A stretch of 64,000 nt of DNA from a bacterium (GTDB lineage: Bacteria; UBA8248): positions 32,001 to 96,000 of the forward strand of contig CBDATS010000008.1 in NCBI GenBank assembly GCA_965200245.1. Direction: 5' to 3'. This document shows, piece after piece, positions 29,595 through 40,178 of the stretch. The first letter of the stretch is position 1. The number at the start of each line of letters is the position of its first letter. The notes beneath the pieces were generated by a model that saw nothing but the letters and a program-made list of their open reading frames with translations, made no database searches and had not been told where the DNA came from. The position numbers were made by a program, and so were the translations under genes.

Positions 29595-30703
29595 AGAAAG
29601 GGTTCGCATATCTTCTGGCTACCATCTTTGTCCTGGGCGCAGCACCCACGTATCCTGCGACTTGGCGGCAGGCGTTGCCCGGCTATCGCTATCAGTTTCC
29701 CCGCGATAACGGTGCGCACGAGGCATTCCGCACGGAGTGGTGGTATTTTTCGGGAAATCTGCAGGATTCAAAAGGCGGAAAATACCCGTTCATGCTCACG
29801 TTCTTCAGGGTGGGCCTTCGTCCCGGAGAACCGCCAAAATCGAAGAGCCGCTGGGCACTCAGGAATCTCTATTTCGGACATTTCTCTGTTCTGGACGTGA
29901 AGCGTGAAAAGCACTTTTTTTCCGAGCGGATCAGCCGGGGCGAACTTGAGCAGGCGGGCGCGTCGGAGGCGGGTCTCAAGGTCTGGCTGCGCGACTGGCG
30001 CGCCGAGAGCACGGTCGGGAAAGGCTCATCCTCGATTCGCATCAGCGCGGCGACGCCCGAGATTAAGTTGCGCCTCAGTCTGAAACCTGCAAAACCCCTC
30101 GTGGTTCACGGCGAGAACGGAGTGAGCCAGAAGTCGCCGGGTCCGGGACGCGCGTCTCATTATTATTCCTACACGCGACTTCTCGCATCGGGCGTCCTGG
30201 AGATGGAGGGGAGGCGGTTCGACGTGCGCGGAACGGCGTGGATGGACCATGAATTCGGCTCGAACCAGTTGACAGAAGAACAGGCGGGGTGGGATTGGCT
30301 GAGCTTCCAGTTGTCCGACGGTCGGGATTTGATGTTATATCTCGTAAGGCGAAAAGACGGGAGCGTGGAGCCCACGAGCAGCGGCACGCTGGTAGAGGTG
30401 GATGGCAGTGCCAAGCATTTGCGCCTCGGGGATTTCCGTTTCCGGGGCACTGATACCTGGAAGAGCGAGCGAAGCGGTGCCGTCTATCCCATGGGCTGGG
30501 AAGTCGAGGTTCCGGCGTACGGCCTTCACTTGCGGGTTGTACCTTACGCCCGCGCGCAGGAAATTGAATCGAAAGGCAGTACGGGAGTCACCTATTGGGA
30601 AGGGGGCGTTTTCGTCGAAAGCGCATCAAGTGAAAAAAAGCTCACGGGGGTGGGCTTTATCGAGATGACGGGGTACGCTCCCGATGGACGACCCCAATTT
30701 TGA
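29591..30703 (+). CDS. AttH/CrtC-like lipocalin-fold secreted protein
   Basis: Signal peptide; FPRD.GAH..F.TEWWYFSGNL, SHYYS, AWMDHE, GWDW, YWEG, GFIEMTGY. Confidence 0.88.
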   Translation: MKKGFAYLLATIFVLGAAPTYPATWRQALPGYRYQFPRDNGAHEAFRTEWWYFSGNLQDSKGGKYPFMLTFFRVGLRPGEPPKSKSRWALRNLYFGHFSVLDVKREKHFFSERISRGELEQAGASEAGLKVWLRDWRAESTVGKGSSSIRISAATPEIKLRLSLKPAKPLVVHGENGVSQKSPGPGRASHYYSYTRLLASGVLEMEGRRFDVRGTAWMDHEFGSNQLTEEQAGWDWLSFQLSDGRDLMLYLVRRKDGSVEPTSSGTLVEVDGSAKHLRLGDFRFRGTDTWKSERSGAVYPMGWEVEVPAYGLHLRVVPYARAQEIESKGSTGVTYWEGGVFVESASSEKKLTGVGFIEMTGYAPDGRPQF

Positions 30704-30757
30704 TTTTCATAGTCCCCACTGGGGTGCGGGATGATTTTTTATGTGTGGAGGCGCGAA

Positions 30758-31654
30758 ATGGCGGAAAGCGCGAACATCGGAATCATAGGACTCGGCCTCA
30801 TGGGAACGGCCATGAGTCAGAAACTGATCGAAGCGGGGCACCGCGTGCGCGGGTTCGACATCGACCAGAGCAGGCTCGATGAGCTTGCCGAGAACGGGGG
30901 CGTGCCCACGGGCTCGGCGGCGGAAGCGGCGGAAAATGCGCAGTTCGTCATCATCTCGCTACTCTATAGCCACATCGTCCGCGAGAGTTGCCTGGGTGAT
31001 GGGGGAATCGCGAGCGTGGCGCGTGATGGTCTCATCATTATCGACACTTCCACTTCCAGTCCCGATGAATCGGCGCAACTCGGTGAAGATCTCCGTGCCA
31101 GAAATATCGGTTTTCTCGATGCGAGCCTGAGCGGTTCGCGCAATCAGGTGCTTGAGGGGAAGATCGTCTCTGTCGTCGGGGGCGAGGAGAACGATTTTGA
31201 GACGGCGCGGCCTGTTCTTGCCAACTTTGCCCGCTCTATCCACCATATGGGGCCGAACGGAGCGGGTGCGCGGACGAAGCTCGTCATCAACCTCGTGCTG
31301 GGTCTGACGCGCCTCGCGCTGTCGGAAGGACTCGTTTTGGGCATGAAGTCGGGACTGGAGATGGAGCGTCTGCTCGAGGTACTCAAGGACAGCGCGGCCT
31401 ACAGCAAGGCTATGGACCAGCGCGGCGCGCGCATGATTCACGCTGATTACGACAATCCTCTCTCTCGCGTCAAGCAGCACCACAAGGATGTAAGGCTCAT
31501 TCTGGAGCAGGGCCAGAAGCTCGGCTCCCCCATGCTGCTCAGTTCCGTGCACCAGCAAGTACTCCAGGCCGCAGAGTATGGTGGACTCGCAGATGCGGAC
31601 ACTTCGGCCATCATTGAGGTATTCAGGCGCATGGCGGGCATTCCCTCCCGCTAG
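30758..31654 (+). CDS. Beta-hydroxyacid dehydrogenase (3-hydroxyisobutyrate/6-PG family)
   Basis: IGLGLMG, IDTST, FLDASLSG, KLVIN, KD. Confidence 0.9.
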   Translation: MAESANIGIIGLGLMGTAMSQKLIEAGHRVRGFDIDQSRLDELAENGGVPTGSAAEAAENAQFVIISLLYSHIVRESCLGDGGIASVARDGLIIIDTSTSSPDESAQLGEDLRARNIGFLDASLSGSRNQVLEGKIVSVVGGEENDFETARPVLANFARSIHHMGPNGAGARTKLVINLVLGLTRLALSEGLVLGMKSGLEMERLLEVLKDSAAYSKAMDQRGARMIHADYDNPLSRVKQHHKDVRLILEQGQKLGSPMLLSSVHQQVLQAAEYGGLADADTSAIIEVFRRMAGIPSR

Positions 31655-31692
31655 ACGCATGGTGTGCATCCCAAATCTGAGGACATACGGAC

Positions 31693-33288
31693 ATGGTGAA
31701 AAGAATATCCCCGGTCGTACTGAAGGAACTGATGGAGGGTTCCCGCGCGCATGCAGTGCTAGATGTGCGCGACCCGATGGAATTTCACGAGAAACAGATT
31801 TTCATGACGACGAACGCCCCGCGCAGCGCGATCGAGTTTCTGGCCGCGCGCCTGGTGCCCGTGAAGGCGACACCCGTGGTGTGTGTGGATGAGGGCGGCC
31901 CGAGGGCGGAGCATGTAGCCGAGTTGCTTGATGAGTGCGGCTACACGGACGTCTCGATACTCGAAGGCGGTCTCGGTGCATGGGAAGCGCAAGCGTATCC
32001 GACGGTTTCGGGAACGAACGTGCCGAGCAAGGATTTCGGCGAGCGGATTCACGTGGAAAACGATGTGCCCGAAATTACGGCACGAGAGCTTTTTGACCTA
32101 ATCGAGAGCGATACGCCGCCGCGAATATTTGACACGAGGACGGAGGTGGAATTCGAGCGCTTCTGCGTCCCCACAGGGCGTAGCCTGCCGGGGGGCGAAC
32201 TTATTCTCCACGCTTGGGATCTGGATCAGGACAGGGAATCACCCCTTATCATCAACTGCGCGGGCCGTACCCGCAGCATCATCGGGACGCAGGTGCTTCA
32301 CCGGCTGGGCGTCACGCACGCGCGCGCGCTCAAAAACGGTGGCATGGGTATCATGCTCGAAGGTTTGCAACTCGATGAGGGGGAACCGAGCGAGATTCCC
32401 ATTCCCTCGGACGAGAGCCGCACACACGCGGAAATGCTGGGTGCACAGGTGGCAGAAGAAGAGGGAATTCCCTTTGTTTCGGTACAGGAACTTCAAATGC
32501 TTCAGGCGCAGGCTGACAGCAGCACGCTTTATGTGCTTGATGTGCGCCTCGCGCCCGAGTTTTCTGGCGGTCACATACCGGGGGCCATCTCCATTCCCGG
32601 CGGACAGGCAGCGCAGCGCACCGACGAGGTGATTGCCGTGCGCACGGGCAAGGTCGTCACCTATTGCGACAAGAATGCGCGCGGTGTCATGGCGGCTTAC
32701 TGGCTACGCCAGATGGGACTTGATGTGAGTGTGCTGCGCGGCGGCCTCACGGCGTGGCTTGATGCCGGAAGAGCGGTTGAGAAGCCCAGCGAGGCGGCTT
32801 CGGGAGAAAGCCCGGCGGGAGCGGGGGAGATTCTTCTTCTCAAACGAGCACGCTCACAGACTCGCGCCTATGCGGCGGGGGAAGCGAGCGCCCGGACATT
32901 CGGCGCAATTCTGGATGTGGATTTGAGTTCTTCCTATGAAAGGGGCCATCTGCCCGGTTCCGTCTGGGTATCTAGGAGCCGATTGGAGGAACAGGTGCCC
33001 GAGCAGGCCGTGAACAAGAGAGCGCGAGTGATGTGTGTTTGCGAGGATGGACGAAAATCCGCCCTGAGCGCGCTCGTTCTCCAAAAACTCGGCTACCGCA
33101 GAGCGGGTTATCTCGAAGGCGGTAAAACGGCTTGGCGGGAGGCGGGGTTGTCTCTCGAAACCGGGCGCGAAGGGCTGGATGAATTGCCCAGGGATGTGCA
33201 GCTAAAGCCCTACGACATCGGGCGCAGCGCGATGGAGGGATACCTTACCTGGGAGGAAAATCTGGGCAAGAAGTACGCCCGAAATTAA
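31693..33288 (+). CDS. Four-domain rhodanese sulfurtransferase
   Basis: Repeated LDVR / GH.PG / L.GG..AW units; active loop NCAGRTRS. Confidence 0.88.
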   Translation: MVKRISPVVLKELMEGSRAHAVLDVRDPMEFHEKQIFMTTNAPRSAIEFLAARLVPVKATPVVCVDEGGPRAEHVAELLDECGYTDVSILEGGLGAWEAQAYPTVSGTNVPSKDFGERIHVENDVPEITARELFDLIESDTPPRIFDTRTEVEFERFCVPTGRSLPGGELILHAWDLDQDRESPLIINCAGRTRSIIGTQVLHRLGVTHARALKNGGMGIMLEGLQLDEGEPSEIPIPSDESRTHAEMLGAQVAEEEGIPFVSVQELQMLQAQADSSTLYVLDVRLAPEFSGGHIPGAISIPGGQAAQRTDEVIAVRTGKVVTYCDKNARGVMAAYWLRQMGLDVSVLRGGLTAWLDAGRAVEKPSEAASGESPAGAGEILLLKRARSQTRAYAAGEASARTFGAILDVDLSSSYERGHLPGSVWVSRSRLEEQVPEQAVNKRARVMCVCEDGRKSALSALVLQKLGYRRAGYLEGGKTAWREAGLSLETGREGLDELPRDVQLKPYDIGRSAMEGYLTWEENLGKKYARN

Positions 33289-33740
33289 CGCGCGGTATCT
33301 TCTGAACCTGGTCCGCCAGTGTGGAACTCGGCTGCAGGCACTGTTGCTGTTTTCTTGCGTTCAGCGAGGCGATGATTTCGAATTCCGGGTTTTCGTTGCA
33401 GGTGTTTACCTGTCCTGGAATCGCAAGAAATCCACGGGCCACTAATGCTGTAGACGAGCAGCGCGAGCAGACTCGAAGCGGTGATCGCCCCGCTTGTTTC
33501 TGGATTCGATTCTGCCATAACGAGGTCTGGGAAGAAGGACACAATCAATACCCACGGAGCGACGTAGAGGACGCCCGCCGCTATTTCCCAAAACAGAATT
33601 TATGCCGTCCCGGTCAATTCAAGAAAAAACCAGAGTCCACAGGTTCGTCCGTCGATTTCCTGTGTCTGATGTTCAGGATGTAGAGTTTGCGCTCGTCCAA
33701 CCGGTTCTTGAGAGCAATGAATCTCTCGCTTGGTCCATCA

Positions 33741-34331
33741 TCAGTTGCAGTTGTTGTGCCGGCGCCACATTTCCGCGTTGTGGCCTTTCGGCACATTCAC
33801 GCAGGAGTCTGACTTGGAATAGCCCCTGAGTTCGTTGTAGGTTCGTATCTGCTTCTCCGAGAGGACTTTCAAAGTCTCGATGTGCGCGGCCAGATGCACG
33901 TAGCGCAATTCCTTTTTCGTTTCGGCGATGGCGCTCAGGGAATCACGCAGCAGTGCGTCGGTAATGGTTCGGTTACGGAAACCGTTTTCAAGGTGCCGTT
34001 CCAGATCGATCAGGCGTTCGCCATGATGGATGGCCCGGCTTTTCATTCGCCGGTATATCGCGCTGATGGCATAATGCTGGGTCTCATCAAGGCCGATTTC
34101 GTCTTTCATCTCCAGGAGGTGCATCGGCCCCGGTACGCCGTTCAACTCCGCCGCCTTGGCTAGCCCCCAGCCACCTCCGCGTCTGAGTTCAGCGATGTCT
34201 TCGGCCGAGAGACTCTTGATCGCCCGATTTTCTTGACCGGCGTATTTCGAGTGATGGGACGATGCAACTTCGTTGGCCTCCACAGCGATAACGGGCGTCA
34301 GCAATGTGAGAATCAAGAAAAACCCAATCAT
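33741..34331 (-). CDS. Periplasmic Spy/CpxP-like protein
   Basis: Signal peptide; YAGQE.R.IKSLS, GWGLAKAAELNG.PGP.H, LS..Q...Y..LRGY. Confidence 0.7.
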   Translation of the reverse strand: MIGFFLILTLLTPVIAVEANEVASSHHSKYAGQENRAIKSLSAEDIAELRRGGGWGLAKAAELNGVPGPMHLLEMKDEIGLDETQHYAISAIYRRMKSRAIHHGERLIDLERHLENGFRNRTITDALLRDSLSAIAETKKELRYVHLAAHIETLKVLSEKQIRTYNELRGYSKSDSCVNVPKGHNAEMWRRHNNCN

Positions 34332-34402
34332 GCAAATCTCTCCTCATGCTTTATTTCTGTGGTGCTGGTACGGCAATGGTGTTGTTTTGTGGTGGTTTTC
34401 AG

Positions 34403-34687
34403 TCAGATGTTGATAATGCCCGGTTCGTTCCGGCTGATATCCCACCCTTTCGATTCCATGAATTTTTTGAATCCATCCCAGTCGAGTTGGCCGTCGACAT
34501 GGAATTTGAGAATGGACTCTCGTGAGAGGCGAGTCTTCATCCACTGATAGAGCGGATCTCCGAGCATATCACGGTGCCGGGCGGCGAACTCGACCAGTGG
34601 GATTCCTTCCGGTTCGAGCACGATCCAGTAGCTGTTCCTGTATTTCACCAGCTTCAGATCTTCTAGCAATGTGTCGGGTTCGCGCAT
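34403..34687 (-). CDS. Hypothetical protein (~94 aa)
   Basis: MREPDTLLEDLKLVKYRNSYWIV...; protein-like composition, no recognised family. Confidence 0.5.
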   Translation of the reverse strand: MREPDTLLEDLKLVKYRNSYWIVLEPEGIPLVEFAARHRDMLGDPLYQWMKTRLSRESILKFHVDGQLDWDGFKKFMESKGWDISRNEPGIINI

Positions 34688-34846
34688 TGGCGTCCGGCTC
34701 CTCGTAAATGACTGCGTCGGGCGTGCGGTTTTCGTATGCGATACGTCGTCTGCGGCCCACACAAAATGCGCTTCCGTGTCGTGAGTATATAACAAGGCCA
34801 AAGGCGTGGTGAAAGAAAAAACGTTGAGGCACGGTACCCGGAATCT

Positions 34847-35508
34847 TCACTCCCATTTTTTGCGCATCATTTTCACGAGTTCGGCACCCGATTCGCCTGC
34901 GTTGAACCTTCTGGTGAATTCTTCTTCGATTTCCATGACGATCCGCGTGCGTTCGCGCACGGCTTCGGCTTCATCTTTGGGTACCACGGCCACGCCGTCC
35001 GCATCGGCGACCACGATGTCTCCCGGTGCGACCCGTACCCCGCAGCAGGTGACGGGGGTGTCACGTTCGGCCGCGATGAGGCGCTTCGAGTAGGGCAGGG
35101 GCCTCGCGCCGCAACACCAGACGGGCAGCCCCAGTTCCATGATTTCAGAACGTCGCGCGACCGTCCGTCCGTTACTACGCCCGCAGCACCCCGCCTGTGA
35201 ATGACGCGTGCCCCGTTGGCCCCCAGAACCGCCATGTCGCTCCCCTCGGTGGCGAGCACGACGAACTTGCCCGGTTCCATCTCCTCGTGCGTTCCGTAGA
35301 GGCTCACATTGGAGGGGCTCACCTCGTCCCGGATGGGTTCGGAGCGCATGGTGGCTGCAGGGGCGGCGACGCGCTTCTCGGTGAAAGGTGTGAGTGGAAC
35401 GACATCCTTCATAATGAGGTCGAGGCCCAGAAATATCGAGGCGTCCGCGATAGCTGTCGTTGGCGCGCGGGAGAAGAATTCTAGAACGTCCTCCATGGGT
35501 ATCTCCAT
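34847..35508 (-). pseudogene. RraA/HMG-CHA aldolase family, frameshifted
   Basis: TTAIADA...GAAGVVTDGRSRD in one frame and EIMELGLPVW...VAPGDIVVADADGVAVVP in another; shift near 35148. Confidence 0.85.
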
Positions 35509-35671
35509 AGGGTGAAAAGCGTGGACGTGAAAATTTCACAGAGCTATGAGAAGTATCCGGTTTGTTTAAGTATAGACATATTCTGATTTTAGACTACGGG
35601 CGTTCCCGAGGAGCCAAAAATTGCATCAGCCATTGGGGATACCCGCATGAAATTCCGGCAATCCCGGAAAC

Positions 35672-36364
35672 CTAGTCCACGACGGCCACGGCCCGGCAGG
35701 GGGAGCCTTCGATACCCGGCATCTTGAGCGGAAGGGCGATGACCTCGAAACGTTCTTGCTCGATGGCGGAGAGGTTCGTCATATGCTCAATTTGAATGAT
35801 CCCGTTTCCGAGCAGCGTCCGGTGGACGACGTAGTGCTCGGGTACGTTCTCGGGAGTCTTTTTCACCTCTTCTTCCTGCAGAAAATCGAATCCAGCCGCC
35901 TTTACGCCCTTGTCCACGAGCCACTTCGCTCCGTCTCCGGTCAGGAAGGGAGAGTTTCTCAGGTAGGCGTCCGAACCCCAGAATTTGTCTGTGAAATCGG
36001 TGCGCAGCAAGACGATGTCGTCTTCGCGCACTAGCCCCGCATGGACCTCCAGGTCCTCGGCGGAGATGGGTGCATCCGCCCCTTTGGATGAGAAATCGAT
36101 CAGACAGGCGGGCCCCATGAAGCGGTCGAGTTCCACTTCGTCTGTCGTCTTCCCCCAGCGGTAGATGTGCCGAGGACAATCGAGGTGTGTGCCCGCATGG
36201 GCGAATATGGAGAGCCAGCTGTCGACGAAGACGACATCGGGTTCCTTTTGGGGCGGGAAGAACTTGCGCCGCACGGAGGTTTCGGCGTTCATCATTTTAC
36301 CTACGGCGGCCGCCACTGGATCCATTTCGTCGTAGTGGGCGAGACTCAAGTCGATGATGGGCAT
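35672..36364 (-). CDS. Cyclase family / kynurenine formamidase-like hydrolase
   Basis: HAGTHLDCPRH, LLRT, VHRTLLG, IE.M.NL, ALPLK....GSPCRAVA. Confidence 0.9.
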   Translation of the reverse strand: MPIIDLSLAHYDEMDPVAAAVGKMMNAETSVRRKFFPPQKEPDVVFVDSWLSIFAHAGTHLDCPRHIYRWGKTTDEVELDRFMGPACLIDFSSKGADAPISAEDLEVHAGLVREDDIVLLRTDFTDKFWGSDAYLRNSPFLTGDGAKWLVDKGVKAAGFDFLQEEEVKKTPENVPEHYVVHRTLLGNGIIQIEHMTNLSAIEQERFEVIALPLKMPGIEGSPCRAVAVVD

Positions 36365-36584
36365 GAAGGGGTCCTTTCATACAAGCGAATCCGGTCTATT
36401 GGCTGTTCGTTAGGCGGGTTCATCGTGTCATAAATAGGGGATTCTGAAAAACTTGTGTTGAGAAGATATTCTTCCACTAGACGTGAATCCAGCCTATCCA
36501 GGACCGGGAACTGCCTCTTCGCACGCTCCCCTTTTCAGGATAGTATTTCGCTTATCCATCTTACGCCAGGAGGAGGGAAGAAGG

Positions 36585-37393
36585 ATGAAAAAAGCGCTTT
36601 GCCTCGCTTTGCTCGTCTGCCATCTGGCCGCCCCGGCCATCGTTTCTGCCAAATGCTCGCCCGGCTTGGTGCGCCATTTTCCTTTCAAGAAGGCAACGCC
36701 CGTATCCTACATCCGAAGGACGAAGGCCGCGCGTCGCATCAGCATCCAGTGGTTTGGCCACGCATTTTTCCGCATCATCTCTCCCGGGGGAATCCGCATC
36801 GTGACCGATCCCTTCTCCCCGCACCGGGGTTACCCCATCCCAAAGACCAGCCCCGATGTGGCGACGACGAGCGAGGAGGCGATGAACCACAGTTCCGTCG
36901 ATGTGCTAGGCGGAAACCCCGTCGTTCTCAGGGGCGTCTCCGTCGATGGTGGGAAGTGGAACGAAGTGGATTACCGGATAGGCGACGTGCGCATCCGCAA
37001 CGTGCCCATCGTACAGGGTGGAGGAGGGGACGATTTCGACGTCGGCGATTCGAGAGCCTCTTCTTTTCTCTTCGAGACTGGTGGGCTTTGCATCGCCCAT
37101 CTGGGAGATCTGGGCTCGCCCATGAACCCCGAGCAGTTGAGAAGGCTGGGAAAGGTGCACGTGGCCCTCGTCATCATCTCGGACCCTGGAGCGATGAACC
37201 CCGACGTGATGGCGAAATTCATCCACAGGCTCAGGCCCAACGTGGCGATTCCGATGGACGTTCGCTCGCTTGAGGAATTGAACGTCTTTCTCGCCGGATT
37301 CAGGCGCGTCCGCAGAATCGACGGCGATACATACGTCTTCAGCCGCCCACAGAAGTGGTGTTCATCAAGCACAAGGCATGGGAGTGGAAGTAG
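36585..37393 (+). pseudogene. Secreted MBL-fold metallo-hydrolase with a C-terminal frameshift
   Basis: Signal peptide, WFGHAFF, VTDPF, HLGDLG; plausible native tail PTEVVFIKHKAWEWK* lies in another frame from about 37345. Confidence 0.7.
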
Positions 37394-37908
37394 CGACGGG
37401 AAGCCTTGGACGAGGAGCAATTCCGATGAATCCAGGTGGAGGTGGGCTTCGTGCCATTCTCAAAAACAGCAGACAACGGATGTCAGATGAAAATCCTCAT
37501 CAGTCGATGGCCTGGTGATAGCATGCTGGACGGCGACCGTGTAATGGAATGTTCCGAATAGCAGGCGATGTTGTCCGGTTTCGGCAGCCAGAAGATAAAG
37601 AAGCACATATCTTCACCCTACGTTTATCTCTCTCACTTGGTGCATGCGCGGAGTGGTGTGGATTAACGGCTACCCTCACATGGATGTCACCTGTTGCAGT
37701 GATTACGAAGAAATAAGTTTATCGTCTCCCCTGAATTTGCCCGCAATAGCCTGCGTTTGCTCACACCGCTTTCAGGAGCCTCCCGACCACCACCGTACCC
37801 CATCTGGCCGAAACCGGGTCATCCCACGGCCCATATACGAAACGTCTCACCTAGGCTATAATCGCACTATCCAACCTACAAAGTCCGCATCACCATGTGG
37901 AGGAAGAC

Positions 37909-39231
37909 ATGGACGAGCTCAAGCGAACAGCCGTCGATTACCTCGACGGACAAGCGGGCGAGGCACGCGAAATAGCCCGTGAAATTTGGAATTTTGCGGA
38001 AATCGCCCTGGAGGAATTCAAATCCGCGGAACTCCTCGAAGACGTGCTGGAGCAACACGGATTCGATGTGCAGCACGGTGTGGGCGACTTGCCCACCGCA
38101 TTCATCGCAAGGTGGGGTGATAGCGGTCCGACCGTAGGAATTTTAGGGGAATACGACGCGTTGCCCCACTGCGGCGATTCCCACGAAAAACAGGGCCACG
38201 GGTGTGGGCACAACCTCTTCGGCACGGCCAGTGCCTATGCAGCGATTGGGGCGGCACGCGCTCTGCGTGAATCAGGAACAAAAGGCCAGGTCGTGTGCTT
38301 CGGCTGTCCGGCGGAAGAAACCCTGGAGGGCAAGGTATACATGGCACGAGACGGTGCTTTCGACGGACTCGACGCCGCCGTTACCTGGCATCCCGGCGAG
38401 AAGAACTTCACCCGAGGGGGCAGCACCAACGCCATGGATTCCATCGTATTCGAATTCTATGGCGAAACGGCCCACTCAGCCCGCGACCCGTGGAACGGAA
38501 GGAGCGCGCTTGATGGTGTGGAAATCATGAACTACGGCGTCAACATGATGCGCGAACACGTTATCGAGCCGGTCAAGATTCACTATGTGATTACGGACGG
38601 TGGAGTGGCTCCCAACGTAGTGCCCTCCTATTCGCGCGTGTGGTACTACGTTCGCGCGCCCAAACGGGCGATGGTCAACGAACTGAGCGAGCGCGTGCGA
38701 AACTGCGCAAAAGCAGGTGCGCTGGCATCGGGTACCACTATGAAGGAAACCCTCCTCACCGCCGTTTACGAGAATCTTCCCAATAACGCCCTTGCTCACT
38801 GCGTGCAGCGAAATCTTGAATATGTAGGCGCGCACGCCTATACGGCGGAAGCCAAGGAGTTTGCCCGAAAACTAGGCTACGAGGAACCGCTCTCGGAGGA
38901 GGTTTCGCCACTCGATCCGGCGGACATCCGCCCGAGCAACGAGCGCGGAAACGTAAGCTGGCTCACGCCTCTGGGTAACCTGATGGTTACCTGCCATGCA
39001 CCCGGAACGCCTGGGCATTCATGGCTCGCCACGCAGCAATACGGGATGGAAATCGGGGAAAAGGGCATGATGACCGCCGCCAAGACCATGGCGGCCACCA
39101 CCTTGGAACTCATCGGTGATGAGGATGTATTGAAGCAAGTGCGAAAGGAATTTGAGGAGAAAACGAGGGGTTTCATCTACGACCCTATCATTCCCGAGGG
39201 GCAAAAACCGAACCCATTGGGTATGAGATAA
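37909..39231 (+). CDS. M20 amidohydrolase (AbgB-like)
   Basis: LGEYDALP, GHGCGHNLFG, GCPAEE, WHP, GRSALD, PNVVP. Confidence 0.9.
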   Translation: MDELKRTAVDYLDGQAGEAREIAREIWNFAEIALEEFKSAELLEDVLEQHGFDVQHGVGDLPTAFIARWGDSGPTVGILGEYDALPHCGDSHEKQGHGCGHNLFGTASAYAAIGAARALRESGTKGQVVCFGCPAEETLEGKVYMARDGAFDGLDAAVTWHPGEKNFTRGGSTNAMDSIVFEFYGETAHSARDPWNGRSALDGVEIMNYGVNMMREHVIEPVKIHYVITDGGVAPNVVPSYSRVWYYVRAPKRAMVNELSERVRNCAKAGALASGTTMKETLLTAVYENLPNNALAHCVQRNLEYVGAHAYTAEAKEFARKLGYEEPLSEEVSPLDPADIRPSNERGNVSWLTPLGNLMVTCHAPGTPGHSWLATQQYGMEIGEKGMMTAAKTMAATTLELIGDEDVLKQVRKEFEEKTRGFIYDPIIPEGQKPNPLGMR

Positions 39232-39277
39232 ATGATTTCGGCGAATCATCCACCATCTAGAACCAGGAGAATTCATC

Positions 39278-40117
39278 ATGAAGTTTGGTGTCGCGATTTT
39301 CCCGACCGATTATTCCATCTCTCCGCACAGCGTCGCCAAAGAGGCGGAAGACAGGGGCTTCGAGTCCATTTTCTTTCCGGAGCACACCCATATTCCGGCG
39401 AGCAGAAAAACTCCCTGGCCCGGTGGCGAGGAACTCCCGAAGGAATACTCGCATTCGCTCGATCTTTTCGTGGCACTCGGGGCAGCAGCGGCTGCGACGG
39501 AAAAAATCATGCTGGGTACGGGCATATGTCTCGTCATAGAGCGCGACCCCATCACCCTCGCCAATGAGGTGGCCACGCTTGATCATATCTCGAACGGACG
39601 TGTTCTCTTCGGCGTGGGCGGCGGCTGGAACCGGGAGGAGATGGAAAACCACGGTACGAAGTACGAGAAACGCTGGATCATCTTGCGCGAGCGCGTCGAG
39701 GCCATGAAAGCCATCTGGAGGGAGGATGAGGCCAGCTATCACGGAAATTTCGTGGATTTCGAGCGCATCTGGTCTTGGCCCAAACCGATCCGAAAACCGC
39801 ACCCGCCCATACTCGTGGGCGGTAACGGTGCCAGGACGCTCGATCGTGTGGTTCGCTACGGAGACGAGTGGATGCCGTTGCCGCGCGGGGGCTTGGACCT
39901 CTCGCCGCGGATCCGGGAACTTCAGGATATGGCCGCCAAGGCAGGACGTGCGCCCATTCCCGTCACCATATTCTTCGCACCCCCCGACCTTGAGCAGTTA
40001 CGTGCTTTCGATGACCTGGGCGTGGGCAGGTGTCTCTTCCATCTGCCTTCGGAGGAGGTGGATATCATCTTGCCGAAACTCGACGAGTTGGCGGGCGTCG
40101 TGGAACAATACGGTTAA
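39278..40117 (+). CDS. LLM-class, probably F420-dependent oxidoreductase (Rv2161c-like)
   Basis: PEHTHIP, RDPI.LA.EVATLD..SNGR..FGVGGGWN.EEM.NHG, PKP..KPHPPI.VGG. Confidence 0.85.
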   Translation: MKFGVAIFPTDYSISPHSVAKEAEDRGFESIFFPEHTHIPASRKTPWPGGEELPKEYSHSLDLFVALGAAAAATEKIMLGTGICLVIERDPITLANEVATLDHISNGRVLFGVGGGWNREEMENHGTKYEKRWIILRERVEAMKAIWREDEASYHGNFVDFERIWSWPKPIRKPHPPILVGGNGARTLDRVVRYGDEWMPLPRGGLDLSPRIRELQDMAAKAGRAPIPVTIFFAPPDLEQLRAFDDLGVGRCLFHLPSEEVDIILPKLDELAGVVEQYG

Positions 40118-40123
40118 CTTGAG

Positions 40124-40162
40124 AAAAAAGCCCCCGGCAGGGAAAAACCCCGCCGGGGGCTT
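40124..40162. terminator. Terminator hairpin between convergent LLM and msrA genes
   Basis: AAGCCCCCGGC...GCCGGGGGCTT stem; A-run gives the U-tail on the minus strand. Confidence 0.8.
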
Positions 40163-40178
40163 GCTCGTTCGTATGCGG

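Noticed and set aside
29591-30703. Carotenoid 1,2-hydratase (crtC) call
   Set aside because: No carotenoid genes nearby; the ABC context indicates the AttH-type branch
33290-33740. Short ORFs between the rhodanese and Spy-like genes
   Set aside because: No recognisable motif or consistent frame; may be eroded sequence
37400-37890. ORF 37644-37982 and the extended MBL tail to 37490
   Set aside because: Composition is not protein-like; the tail is explained by the frameshift
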